Assembly: GCA_038087875.1 (NCBI GenBank)
Contig: CM075988.1
Location: forward strand, 24,740,001-24,804,000
Source: Malacoraja senta
Taxonomy: Eukaryota
Direction: 5' to 3'
Length of the DNA: 64,000 bases
Shown: positions 22,633 to 34,920 of the stretch, piece by piece
Numbering within the stretch: position 1 is the first letter of the stretch
How the letters are laid out: each line of letters starts with the position of its first letter
Program-made: the position numbers and the translations under genes
The notes under the pieces: model-generated
What the model saw: the letters and a program-made list of their open reading frames with translations, nothing else
Databases searched by the model: none
What the model was told of the DNA's origin: nothing

Positions 22633-25399
22633 TTATATATAATTCATGTTTTTGTGTGTTATCTAAGTTAACGTGCCTGTGATGCTGCTGCAAGCAATAC
22701 TTTCATTGTACCTGTACCGTACTTGTGCAGATGACAAAAAACGTAACTTGACGAGGTAAAACTACAGTCATCCGTTCCCAACTATTGAACGGTTGGAACT
22801 GCATTAGTTTAGTGGATGTAGGAAGACAATATAAATTATTCCTATTGAAGCAAAGAGCCATTTTGCTTTAAATTACACAGCAATTGGGTTCAATGGTCCT
22901 CCGATAAACAAGGTAATTCAGTCTTTGGGGAGTGATTTGCTGAATCAGGCATGAAGACTTTGCTGAGGTTGGATTTTAAATGACGCATTCCAGTCTACAC
23001 CAAATAAATGCTGTTAGCTGCCCTGAGTAATGAGCCCATTCGTTTAAGTCACATGGTCATCTGTCTCAGCGAGCAGATGAGGTAATAGCTTCTACTGGGT
23101 CTGATGTTGAGGGCAGTCTTGATGCACTCAGAGAATCTCTCAATAGCTTGTATCAAGGGCTTTGTTAACCTGTTAAGCTCAAACACCAAGGTTCATGTGA
23201 GCACAATTTACAAGGTCACTGAAAACCAAAGTATAGCATCAAAGTAGCATGTGTCGGATGATATGAGGTGAAGATTCATAGCTGGAGTTCCTATTTACAC
23301 ACAATAGGAACAGTAAGTTGCTGCATTAGTAAACCTGCTGGAAACTTTTTCGCTCATTTGCACAAATAATATTAATCTATGTATCCACTCCACTAAATCC
23401 TGAAAAATATTGGATGAATGTAAAGCTTGCACCTAATAACTCACATTTGTTCCAATTTTTTTACAGCCACTTTGAAAGTGAAGTCACTAGCAAAATGTAG
23501 GAAACAATGTTGTTTAAATAAATTGTCCACATTTTCATGTTCCAAGATGTACCTTTGTAATAATCTGTTTTAGCTCGTAATTAAATACCCTTCAAAAGAT
23601 CTTGCAGTATTTGATTAGCTTGGTTGATAATAGCTTCACCTTCATGGATTGGAACATTCACGAGCACACTGAAATCCTTCTTCTTTTGCATCTTTGACTA
23701 CAGAACCAGTATCTCAGTTTCCTTTGATGATCTCTTCTATGAGTTGCCTGACATTTTCCGATGTTAAATTACTTGTATGAATGCAACTTGTTATTTTTGT
23801 CACGCCTCGCCAAGGTTGAAATTAGACATATTTATTCCTACTTCATATATTTAGCTAATGTATTTTCTTTGGCATTGCTCTTGATACTTTGGAGAACCTA
23901 TTATCTAATAACAGTAACATTATTCTTTACAGTAATGTTCCTTAAGTGTAAAGTGGCCTGTTCCTTTAAGACCACAGTTTCAATGCAATAAAAGTGGCAC
24001 ATTCAGTGGCCTCTTAGAGGTTAATTGTTGCTTATGAAGGAAGTTGAACAGATTGACAGGTATTTGGAAATTCCTGGCTCTGTAACTTGAATAAACCATC
24101 AAATGACTGGCCCTTTTCTCAATGCCTATTATTAGCAATTTAAAATGTGATCCCTGAAGTTTAATGGGTTTACCTCACCTTTGTGCAGTATGTCTCACAT
24201 TCAAGATATTAATTCAAATTTTTAATCAGGAATGATATGTTTTACTGCTCAAAAACATAGTAAAACATAAAGCAACATAGAATCACACAAGACCAAAGGA
24301 GGCCTTCGGTTCACTTCACTTCTTTTGGCTTTTTGCAAGGATTATTTGATTATTTCTATTCTTTGCTTTTCCCCATGGATCTGAAAAGTTTCATTGATAA
24401 ACATTTATCATCTTGAAAGTTACAAATGAATCTGGGACTGGCTCCCAGTACATGCCACAATGGTGACAAATTATCTCCATATCTCCCCCTTCATTCTTTT
24501 AACAAAGACCACAAATTTGTGTTCTCTGATTATCAATTGTCCTGAAAATGTTTTTTAAAAAACACACTGTCATTAAAACTCCATTTTACTTTGAATGCTT
24601 CTATTAAAGTTCACCTTCGTTGTCCCAATAAGTACACTTCTGGTCTCATCAGTTAATTGACCCAACTGAATTTTTCTCATCCCAAGTCCCTTTCAGGGCA
24701 GGAAAATTAAGGGCAGTTATTGGACTTCTTTAGAGAAATTTCAGTTAGAACCTTCTTGATCGAATGCCTTAAAATGAGGCATAGGAGCTATGCTTAAATG
24801 GAAACATGGAAAGACTGCTCTGTTATCTAATATTGATATTAAAATATGTTTGGGACAAATAAGCAGAGAATGGTTGGATCTACACTGCAGCTTACACAAC
24901 TCCAGAATGTGCAATGCCAATAGCCTACTATAAAAGTGTACTTTCAAAGTGTAAGTAGAAATCACAGAGTCAATTTGCTTGCAACAAGCTCCTACAAATA
25001 GCAATGCAAAAATGATCAGATGTTTTTCAGTAATGTTGACTAAGGGATCAAATGTGGGCCAGGATCATGAATAATTCATCTCAAGAGTACAAAGAAATTA
25101 CATTTTATGATCTCAAAAGGACACAGACCTACTTTTCCCTCTTTACATAAAGAACCAAAATCCTTTGGCTCTTTATGTAAAGTGAAGAATGATCTTGTGA
25201 ATGAAGCATTTCATGCAGAACAATCAAGCCAAACTTAAAATTTTTTTAAAAACTGTTGTATCTGGCGAAAGTTTCAAAAACAATGTGTGAACAAAATCTG
25301 TCACACAAGATCTATTTGGTGTATTGCAGAATAACAGATGCTCCTTGGTTTTAATGAGAGACAAATCTTTTCTCAACAGTGGAACAGTGGCTTCTGTGT

Positions 25400-26875
25400 G
25401 GATTGATCCTGAACAGCCCACAAAGGAAATAATTCCCTAAGGTCTGGTGTATCTCAGCCTGCCGCAGGATGCATGGAAGAGATTTCTGGTGTTTTGATAG
25501 AAAATTTCAAAACTTCGCTGGCTACAGACGAGGTACCAGAAGACTGGATAACAGTGAAGGCAAGAATGGCAGCAGGGATAAGCCAGGTAATTATGGACCT
25601 GTGTGTCTAACATCAATGGTAGAGAAATTTTTGAGAACAATTCCAAGGGACTGAATATAACTGCAATTGGAGGACCAGGGATTGGTCGAGAATAGTTGGC
25701 ATGGTTTTGTTAAGCGGAGGACTTGGCTGACTTATTTGCTTAGATTTTTTGAAAAGGTAACAAAGTGTGACAATCAGGGTAGTTTAATTGATGGCGTCCA
25801 CATGGACTGTGGAAAGGTTTTGTGTAAAGGTTTTGAATGGGTAACATAGGGAGGCAGGCCCAAAAGAGCCATAAGTTCCAGGGCAATTTGGCAAACTAGA
25901 AATGAAACTGCCATTTGCACTTGTGTACACAGAGTTCCACGCTGAGACCCTTGTTGATGGCTTTATATATTAACAATCTGAATGTGAATGTAGGAAGTAG
26001 GTTTGTAAGTTCGCGGATGACACATAAATCAGAAGTATTGTTGGTGGTGAAGAAGATTTTTGTAGGCTACAAGATGAAGTTGATTGTGTAAATGGACAGA
26101 ACAATAGCAGATGGAGTTTAATCCTAACAAGAGCAAGCAATGCAGGTTGGAAGAACTAATAAGGCTTGAACGTGCACGATGAATGGTAGGACCTAAGGGA
26201 GTATTGAGGAAGAGAAAGTAATCAGTGTACAAGTCCAAGGCTCCCTAACTGTGGCAGGACGTATAGGTGGTGAAGAAGGTGCATGGGCCACTTTTCTTCA
26301 TTAGCTGGGCAATGAAATATAAGCACATCAAGATTATAGTACATTCTTATAAAACATTAATTCAAGCACAGCTGGAGTAAAATGTTTAAATCTGGTCACC
26401 ACATTCTAGGAAGGACATGATTGCACTGGAAAGCATACAGATGATTCTCTAGTATTCTGCCTAGGTATGAAATATTTTTGTTATAAGTATAGGCTGGAAA
26501 GACTAGGTTTGTTTTTCTTGGAACAGAAATCTAATAGAGGTATACAGGATTATGAGAGGAATAGATAGGGTGTGTAGTGGGAAACCTTTCTCTACAGTAG
26601 AGGTACTTCAAGTTGGAGGCATGGGTTGCAGAGAAATGGTCTGGAGATGAAATGTCAAATAACTTTTTCACCCATAGAGTGGCTGGTTTATCGAATGCCT
26701 TGGCTGAATAGGTGGTGGGGGCATCACTCTCAATACACTCAAGAGATATCTACGCAATGACTTAAATCACCATTGCTTTGAAGGCTACAGATCGAGTGCT
26801 GGTAAATGGTACCTGAAGGTTGGCATGGACATGATGAGCTGAAGGACCTGTTTCTGTGCTGTAAGGCTCTATGGT
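25400..26875 (+). mobile_element. Degenerate CR1 LINE
   Basis: RDKPGNYGPVCLTSMV, WHGFVKRRTWLTYLLRFFEKVT, KFADDT near 26008-26025 and a CR1 3' UTR. Confidence 0.8.
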
Positions 26876-27560
26876 GTTATCAGTGACCTCCCCATTTGTG
26901 AAGAGGTCATTGAGTTAATTTAATCATTATGACTCCATCTTCAATGTAAATGAGCTCATATGTTTCTTTTTCATTTTTGCCGCAGGGTAAAAATATATTT
27001 TGTATTTAGCAACTTATATGAGGCAATGGTTGGATCAGTGCTTTTATAGGTCTTGTGGTGATTTGTCACCAGATGATTGCATAGTTAACTGGTCCATCCA
27101 ATTTCTTTTAATAGCATCTGCACATTTTCTGAAATAATCCAGACATTTTATGATTTTAAAAGGGAGAATGAGAAATCAAATTCAGGGAAATTTGTTCACT
27201 ATAGTGAAGGATTTTGAAGCCAGGTTAAGAAAAAAAGGATTTGCATGTTAGAATTAAAACCAGGCAGAATAATTTGCATTCATATAAGAATTTAAGCATG
27301 GTAATATGTCCCAAGGCGCAGTAATAATGAAACAGAATATAGTCAAATTTAAGGGAAAACGATCAAAACTTGGTCAAAAATGGTGAAAAAAAGGCCATTT
27401 AAAGAAAAGGAGAATACTAGCACTGAGAACTTAGGTTGGTGAAGACTTAGCCACAAATGGTGCAGCAATTAAAGTTGTGGATTTATGAGAAACCAAAATT
27501 GATAGAGTGTGGAGAGGGCCAGAAGAGATTTCAGAAATATCAGGCTACTGAAATAAGTTC

Positions 27561-27778
27561 CCAATTTTGACATTTTATAATGTCCTATACCGTGACGTTT
27601 TAGAAGAGTTGCAAATGGCTGTGGTAAATAGGTTCATGGTGAGATTTGGGTTGAGAGCAAAAGGCATGAGGATACCACTGGCAACTTGCCCCTATTGTGG
27701 CAAATAGCCTCCTTCAGTGCTGCCAATTTTGACATTTTAATTTGTCCTATACCGTGACGTTTTGGAAGAGTTGCAAAT
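27561..27778 (+). repeat. 56-bp direct repeat, two copies (27561-27616, 27723-27778)
   Basis: CCAATTTTGACATTTTA...TGTCCTATACCGTGACGTTTTRGAAGAGTTGCAAAT, 52/56 identical. Confidence 0.9.
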
Positions 27779-28179
27779 TTCCACCATACTTTGTGTGAGG
27801 AAGTGCTTCCTGATTAGATTATTGAATCACTCTTCAGGTTGTCCCCATGCTTTAGATTCTCTCACCAGAAGAAACAGTGTCTCTGTGTCCCCATAGAAAT
27901 TTACCCCGAGTTACTGCTAAACATGCTCTTTTGTAGCAGCCTGACTTTGTATTTGGCATTTGAAATCCAGTTCCATTGATTTCAATGCCATGAATTTCAG
28001 GTGGAATACAACAACCTGGTGTTGCTATATAGTTCATTGAGCGCTATTGGCTCTGATTGAATTTGAAGGCATGTATCGCTTAAATATCTTGAACAGCTTC
28101 TACAGTGAAGGGAATCATTCTAATCTGACTAGCAACATCCACCATGGTCAGATAACCTACGAATTCTCATTATCCCAAT

Positions 28180-28401
28180 AAATTCTCTGCCTCAGAGGGC
28201 GGTCGAGGCCAGTTCTCTGGATACTGTCAAGAGAGAGCTAGATAGAGCTCTTGAAGATAGCGGAGTCAGGGGATATGGGGATAAGGCAGGAACGGGGTAC
28301 TGATTGGGGATGATCAACCATGATCACATAGAATGATCACACTGAATGATCCGGCTCGAAGGGCCTACTCCTGCACCTATTGTCTATTGTCTATTGTCTA
28401 T
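28180..28401 (+). mobile_element. CR1 3' end with (CTATTGT)n tail
   Basis: AATTCTCTGCCTCAGAGGGCGG...GGATATGGGGATAAGGCAGGAACGGGGTACTGA followed by the tail at 28377-28401. Confidence 0.85.
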
Positions 28402-28430
28402 AAATGCCCAGTAAACATAAAAGCATAAGA

Positions 28431-28660
28431 GCGGTCACGGTGGCACAGCGGTAGAGTTGCTGCCTTACAGCAAAATGCAGCGCCCGAGAACCGGGTTCGA
28501 TCCTGACTAAGGGTGCTGTCTGTATGGAGTTTGTATGTTCTCCCCGTGATCTGCGTGGGTTTTCTCCGAGTTCTTCGGTTTCCTCCCACACACCAAAGAC
28601 GTACAGATTTGTAGGTTAATTGGCTTGATTAATTGGCTTGATAAAAATGTAAAATGGTCC
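28431..28660 (+). mobile_element. tRNA-derived SINE (HE1/V-SINE-like), 3'-truncated
   Basis: GTGGCACAGCGGTAGAG A box, GGTTCGATCC B box, central GGAGTTTGTATGTTCTCCCCGTG domain. Confidence 0.85.
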
Positions 28661-29289
28661 AAGTTGGCGATATGCAGAGTACTGCCCTGCGGACTACAAA
28701 ATTCAGAAGGTTCAGAAGGAGCACTCACTGAATAGGAAATAGGGGCTATTTAGTTCCAATTGTTACAATAGGCTTTTTTTTCAAAGCATAAAGACTCCAG
28801 TATTAAGTTATGCCCCTGTTTAGTTTTTCACAAAAAGTGGAAAGTGCAAGTGTTTGGTATTAACATGGTGGATAATGTTGTGGTTATTTACTAACACCGA
28901 ATGAGATAAATATCTCCAATGTTTCTGCCACCTGTAAGATCTTGCTTGTGAAATTAAGGTGGAGAATCTCGTTTAAGGCACAATTTATCTTTTACACAAA
29001 AGCCTTGATATGGTGGTATTTTTGGATAAACTTTAATACAGTAGAACTGTTGATCTTCAGTGGGAAACTGAGAATGAAAGTTAGTATTGTAGAAAGGAAC
29101 CAAATTACAATGAAATTACAATGTAATCCCAAATTACAATGAAATAGATTGTTTCAGTGCGGAATCAGAATAGTTGGGAATCAAAACCTCATATTGGCTT
29201 CATCCACCATCAAAAGTAACTTGTAAATCAGTAGCACCTTGAATGGGGTAGAGCTTAAACAATGTAAGAGAACATTGCATAATGTCAGA

Positions 29290-30150
29290 GATTAGGAGCT
29301 TGAAGTAGGCTATCCAGCGCATTGAACCTCCATTCAAAAATATATTGGTTGACTTTCTACCTATGCCCAATTTTTGCCAATCCAGATTCTTGGATTCCCT
29401 TAATATCCAGAAATCTATGGACCTCTATTTAGAGCAAGCTCACTGAAGGAGCCTCTTTTGTTCTCGAGGGTAGAGAATCTCAAAGATTCAGCACTCTCTG
29501 AGTGAAAAATTTCTCCTTATCACATTAATAAATGGCCTATCTCTTTTCTTGAGATTGTGGCCCCTCATTCTATCTTGCATCCAACCTGTCAAGCCATGCA
29601 ATAACTTTGTAAGTTTCAAAGATGTCACCTCTCATTCATCTAAATGTTATAGAATAAAGGCCAACTCTACTCAGTTTCTCCTCATGTTAATCACCTGCCA
29701 TCCCCGGAACCAATCCAGTGAATCTTCGCTTCAGTTCCTCTATAGCTAGTGTATCTTTTATTTTGTTAAGGAGTCAAAATTGTAAACAATATTCTCAGCA
29801 CGATCTCACAAATGCCCTATATTTCTGCAATAAATGTACACAAATCTTGTCACACTTACTCTGTTTTTTAACTATTTTGTGCACCAAATGGATGACCTCA
29901 CATTTTTCTACATTGTGTTCCACCGGCCATGTTCTTGTCCATTCACTTATCTGGCCCATATCTTCTTCAAACCTCTTTACATCCTCCTCGTTATTTTTGT
30001 GTCATCACCAAACTTGGAAATATAATATTTGGTTACCTTGGCTGAATGATTGATTTAGATTGAGAATAGCTGAGGCTCAAGTACTAACCTGTGCAGTCCG
30101 TCCGTAATCAGTGTTTAGAAAATTCCAGTTTATTCTCAATTTTTGCTGCT
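29290..30150 (-). mobile_element. Old degenerate CR1
   Basis: Colinear, low-identity match to the + strand text of 11000-12060 (e.g. CACCAAATGGATGACCTCACATTT). Confidence 0.7.
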
Positions 30151-31261
30151 GTAGAACCAAATCTGCCACCAGGCCTCCTGGAGGTAAATTTAGCCAAATA
30201 GGCAAAATCTTGGTCAAAGAAACAAAGTGTTGGAAGAGAAGGAAAACCAAAGTAGAGAGGCTGAGAGGTTTATGGAGGGATTTCTAGACCTTTGGTTGAG
30301 ACAATCAGGGTGAGGTGTAAAAGTGGGTACAATTGGAGGAGCCTGAAGATATTGGAGGATTGTAGAGGAAGTTATAGAGGAACAATACTGAAAAAACTAA
30401 ACTTGATCCTAGAAGTCAAGCAACATAACGTTGTTCGGTTAAAACAAGAGACAAATTGTTCAAGATGAAGGGGCATCTTCCAAATCGATGTTTACAGCAA
30501 TAAAAGACAAATGTCTTCAAGTGTCAATCATGTGTATAGGTATTCTGATTTAATGGGTTATTGCACATTACTGGGTTTTGGAAGCAGAGTCGAAGACAAA
30601 TCGCACGCATTATCAGTCTTGGCATGCAGTACACCTATACCATTTACCAGACTATGTCCTCGACGTATAAATCTTTTCAGGAAGATTACTTGTGAATGCA
30701 ATTCGATCAGTGGAAAATCCATTTGCAGATAGTTGCCGTACAATTAACTCAGCTTGTTCTAGCCATTAACCAAAAACCAGTCAAACTGCTGAATATAATC
30801 CTAGATACCCAGGAGCTAGTGGGAAAAACAAGCTAGATTTTTGCTATTGAACAAAATATAACCCTTAGTTTTCACTGGAACATGTTTTAAACAGAACATG
30901 ATGACACTTGAATATTTTTTTCTCATGGAAGGTATTTGAAAAGGAATCAAACTATCAGTATAGTGTTTAAGAAAGAGATCTCTTATGGACAATCCATCTA
31001 CAGAAATGTATACAATACTGGAATGCGACCAATAATCAGAAGGCTAGGAATGGCTAAGATACCGCAGAAAAGTGCTGGAAGCATTCATCATATCAGACAG
31101 CGCCTGTGGAGAGAGAAATAGAATTAATGTTGCAGATCCACAACCCTTCATCAGAAATGGAAAAGCTAGAAATGACTCAACAAAAACAACCATGTTATAT
31201 TCCAGAGTTTGCAATCAGTATCAAGCTATTCTCTTGATAGACTCAAATAGAGAATGCTATT

Positions 31262-34200
31262 AGACAGTGTGTGAGGCAGGAGGCAGAGAAGGAAAGCACT
31301 CAGACCCAACATGTAGGGGGGAAAGAAGAAAACAATAATAAACAGAGAATAAGAGGTGGTGGGGTTCTTAAATGGGTGAGCAGAGAAACAGAGGGGTGTA
31401 AAATGCGGGCGGAAGCAATAGGTAGCAAGGTGAAAGGTAAAAGTGGCAGGCAGACAAATCCAGGGCAAAAATCAAAAAGAGCCACTTTTCAACATAATTG
31501 TATAAGGGGTAAGAGCGTTGTAAAAACAAGCCTGAAGGCTTTGTGTCTCAATGCAAGGAGCATTCGTAATAAGGTGGATGAGTTGAACGTGCAGATAGCA
31601 ATTAATGATTATGATATAGTTGGGATCACGGAGACATGGCTCCAAGGTGACCAAGGCTGGGAGCTGAACATCCAGGGATATTCAATATTCAGGAGGGATA
31701 GAGAGAAAGGAAAAGGAGGTGGGGTAGCTTTGCTGGTTAGAGAGGAGATTAACGCAGTGGAAAGGAAGGACATTAGCTTGGAGGATGTGGAATCGGTATG
31801 GGTAGAGCTGCGAAACACTAAGGGGCAGAAAACGCTGGTGGGTGTTGTGTACAGGCCACCTAGCAGTAGTAGTGAAGTTGGGGATGGCATCAAACAGGAA
31901 ATTAGAAATGCGTGCAACAAAGGCAAAACAGTTATAATGGGTGACTTCAATCTACATATAGTTTGGGTGAATCAAATTGGCAGGGGTGCTGAGGAAGAGG
32001 ATTTCTTGGAATGTATGAGGGATAGTTATCTAAACCAACATGTAGAGGAACCAACGAGAGAGCAGGCTATTCTAGACTGGGTATTGAGTAATGAGGAAGG
32101 GTTAGTTAGCAGACTTGTTGTGCATGCCCCCTTGGGCAAGAGTGATCATAATATGGTTGAGTTCTTCATTAGGATGGAGAGTGACATTGTTAATTCAGAA
32201 ACAACGGTTCTGAACTTAAAGAAAGGTAACTTTGAGGGTATGAGACGTGAATTGGCCAAGATTGACTGGCAATTAGTTCTAAAAGGGTTGACGGTGGATA
32301 TGCAATGGAAGGCATTTAAAGACTGCATGGATGAACTACAAAAATTGTTCATCCCAGTTTGGCAAAAGAATAAATCAAGGAAGGTAGTGCATCCGTGGAT
32401 AACAAGGGAAATCAGGGATAATATCAAAGCAAAAGATGATGCGTACAAATTAGCCAGAAAAAGCAGCATACCAGAGGACTGGGAGAAATTCAGAGACCAG
32501 CAGAGGAGGACAAAGGGCTTAATTAGGAAAGGGAAAATAGATTATGAAAGGAAACTGGCAGGGAACATAAAAACTGACTGCAAAAGTTTTTATAGATATG
32601 TGAAGAGAAAGAGATTAGTTAAATCAAATGTAGGTCCCTTGCAGTCAGAAACAGGTGAATTGATCATGGGGAACAAGGATATGGCAGACCAATTGAATAA
32701 CTACTTTGGTTCCGTCTTCACTAAGGAAGACATAAATAATCTGCCGGAAATAGCAGGGGGCCGCGGGTCAAAGGAGATGGAGGAACTGAGTGAAATCCAG
32801 GTTAGTCGGGAAGTGGTGTTGGGTAAATTGAATGGATTAAAGGCCGATAAATCACCAGGGCCAGATAGGCTGCATCCCAGAGTACTTAAGGAAGTAGCTC
32901 CAGAAATAGTGGATGCATTAGTGATAATTTTTCAAAACTCTTTAGATTCTGGAGTAGTTCCTGAGGATTGGAGGGTAGCAAACGTAACCCCACTTTTTAA
33001 GAAGGGAGGGAGAGAGAAAACGGGGAATTACAGACCAGTTAGTCTAACATCGGTAGTGGGGAAACTGCTAGAGTCAGTTATTAAAGATGGGATAGCAGCA
33101 CATTTGGAAAGTGGTGAAATCATTGGACAAAGTCAGCATGGATTTACGAAAGGTAAATCGTGTCTGACGAATCTTATAGAATTTTTCGAGGATGTAACTA
33201 GTAGAGTGGATAGGGGAGAACCAGTGGATGTGTTGTATCTGGACTTTCAGAAGGCTTTCGACAAGGTACCACATAAGAGATTAGGATACAAACTTAAATC
33301 ACACGGTATTGGGGGTTCAGTATTGATGTGGATAGAGAACTGGCTGGCAAACAGGAAGCAAAGAGTAGGAGTAAACGGGTCCTTTTCACAATGGCAGCCA
33401 GTGACTAGTGGGGTACCGCAAGGCTCAGTGCTGGGACCCCAGCTATTTACAATTTATATTAATGATCTGGACGAGGGAATTGAAAGCAACATCTCCAAGT
33501 TTGCGGATGACACTAAGCTGGGGGGCAGTGTTAGCTGTGAGGAGGATGCTAGGAGACTGCAAGGTGACTTGGATAGGTTGGGTGAGTGGGCAAATGTTTG
33601 GCAGATGCAGTATAATGTGGATAAATGTGAGGTTATCCACTTTGGTAGCAAAAACGGGAAGGCAGACTATTATCTAAATGGTGGCCGATTAGGAAATGGG
33701 GAGATGCAGCGAGACCTGGGTGTCATGGTACACCAGTCATTGAAAGTAGGCATGCAGGTGCAGCAGGCAGTGAAGAAAGCGAATGGTATGTTGGCCTTCA
33801 TAGCAAGAGGATTTGAGTATAGGAGCAGGGAGGTTCTACTGCAGTTGTACAGGGTCTTGGTGAGACCACACCTGGAGTATTGCATACAGTTTTGGTCTCC
33901 AAATCTGAGGAAGGACATTATAGCCATAGAGGGAGTGCAGAGAAGGTTCACCAGACTGATTCCTGGGATGTCAGGACTTTCATATGAAGAAAGACTGGAT
34001 AGACTTGGCTTATACTCGCTAGAATTTAGGAGATTGAGAGGGGATCTTATAGAAACGTACAAAATTCTTATGGGGTTGGACAGGCTAGATGCAGGAAGAT
34101 TGTTCCCGATGTTGGGGAAGTCCAGGACAAGGGGTCACAGCTTAAGGATAAGGGGGAAATCCTTTAAGACCGAGATGAGGAAAAACTTTTTCACACAGAG

Positions 34201-34440
34201 AGTGGTGAATCTCTGGAACTCTCTGCCACAGAGGGTAGTTGAGGCCAGTTCATTGGCTATATTTAAGAGGGAATTAGATGTGGCCCTTGTGGCTAAAGGG
34301 GTCAGGGGGTATGGAGAGAAGGCAGGTACGGGATACTGAGTTGGATGATCAGCCATGATCATATTGAATGGCGGTGCAGGCTCGAAGGGCCGAATGGCCT
34401 ACTCCTGCACCTATTTTCTATGTATCTATGTATCTATGTA
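31262..34440 (+). mobile_element. Young CR1 LINE with complete ORF2; ORF1 and 5' UTR missing
   Basis: 1022-codon open frame, 3' UTR nearly identical to the 11 kb copy, (TATGTATC)n tail at ~34419-34442. Confidence 0.95.
31403..34339 (+). CDS. CR1 ORF2: APE endonuclease plus reverse transcriptase, apparently intact
   Basis: The frame is open from 31271 and the first ATG is at 31403. Motifs: LNARSI, GITETWL, GGGVALL, VYRPP, MGDFN, PTR..ILDWVL, SDH; YRPVSLTS, QHGF, DFQKAFDKV, GVPQGSVLGP, FADD. Confidence 0.92.
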   Translation: MRAEAIGSKVKGKSGRQTNPGQKSKRATFQHNCIRGKSVVKTSLKALCLNARSIRNKVDELNVQIAINDYDIVGITETWLQGDQGWELNIQGYSIFRRDREKGKGGGVALLVREEINAVERKDISLEDVESVWVELRNTKGQKTLVGVVYRPPSSSSEVGDGIKQEIRNACNKGKTVIMGDFNLHIVWVNQIGRGAEEEDFLECMRDSYLNQHVEEPTREQAILDWVLSNEEGLVSRLVVHAPLGKSDHNMVEFFIRMESDIVNSETTVLNLKKGNFEGMRRELAKIDWQLVLKGLTVDMQWKAFKDCMDELQKLFIPVWQKNKSRKVVHPWITREIRDNIKAKDDAYKLARKSSIPEDWEKFRDQQRRTKGLIRKGKIDYERKLAGNIKTDCKSFYRYVKRKRLVKSNVGPLQSETGELIMGNKDMADQLNNYFGSVFTKEDINNLPEIAGGRGSKEMEELSEIQVSREVVLGKLNGLKADKSPGPDRLHPRVLKEVAPEIVDALVIIFQNSLDSGVVPEDWRVANVTPLFKKGGREKTGNYRPVSLTSVVGKLLESVIKDGIAAHLESGEIIGQSQHGFTKGKSCLTNLIEFFEDVTSRVDRGEPVDVLYLDFQKAFDKVPHKRLGYKLKSHGIGGSVLMWIENWLANRKQRVGVNGSFSQWQPVTSGVPQGSVLGPQLFTIYINDLDEGIESNISKFADDTKLGGSVSCEEDARRLQGDLDRLGEWANVWQMQYNVDKCEVIHFGSKNGKADYYLNGGRLGNGEMQRDLGVMVHQSLKVGMQVQQAVKKANGMLAFIARGFEYRSREVLLQLYRVLVRPHLEYCIQFWSPNLRKDIIAIEGVQRRFTRLIPGMSGLSYEERLDRLGLYSLEFRRLRGDLIETYKILMGLDRLDAGRLFPMLGKSRTRGHSLRIRGKSFKTEMRKNFFTQRVVNLWNSLPQRVVEASSLAIFKRELDVALVAKGVRGYGEKAGTGY

Positions 34441-34589
34441 TCCACACCATCACTGATCCACGCGAAAGCATCACAATGAACCATTTAACCATCCCATTGA
34501 AATGTTGTTGTGAAGTGCTTGCTCCGAGCAATGAGATCTGCAGTGCAACATGCCATACTGCTCGACAATGCAAGACTGTGAAAACTAGC

Positions 34590-34920
34590 CACTTAAAGAG
34601 ATATTAGGATGTGATCAAAGCAGAAACTCTTAAGGAAGTGGAGCAGAGCAAGAGTTGGAGAGTGCTCATATAGAATCGCAGAAGTTCGGAATTCAAGGGG
34701 CTCGTTCAGTGCACCTTGATGGAATTCCAGAGTCTTGGGCCCTGACTGCCAAAGGCATGGCCTCCATTGGAGGCACTAAAGAAATTGGTGTGCAAGAAGC
34801 CAGAATAGTACTAATCCAGAAAGAGATTCCTCCAAGGTTAGAGAATGTTACAGAGGTTCTGTGGGGGGCAAAGAAAAAGAAGAATTTGAACACAGGAATG
34901 AAAATGTGGAAATTGAAGAC
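34590..34920 (-). mobile_element. Old L2-like LINE fragment
   Basis: GGAATTCCAGAGTCTTGGGCCCTGACTGCCAAAGGCATGGCC resembles fragments near 9900-10110, 27300-27540, 30200-30400 and 36260-36500; clade assigned from memory. Confidence 0.45.

Noticed and set aside
27561..27778. CRISPR-like repeat-spacer-repeat
   Set aside because: Only two units, with a 56-bp repeat and 106-bp spacer outside typical ranges, no cas genes, and a vertebrate context.
29100..29145. Short AAATTACAATG repeats (also small duplications at ~8453-8481 and ~41124-41160)
   Set aside because: Ordinary slippage duplications in AT-rich or repeat DNA with no further structure.
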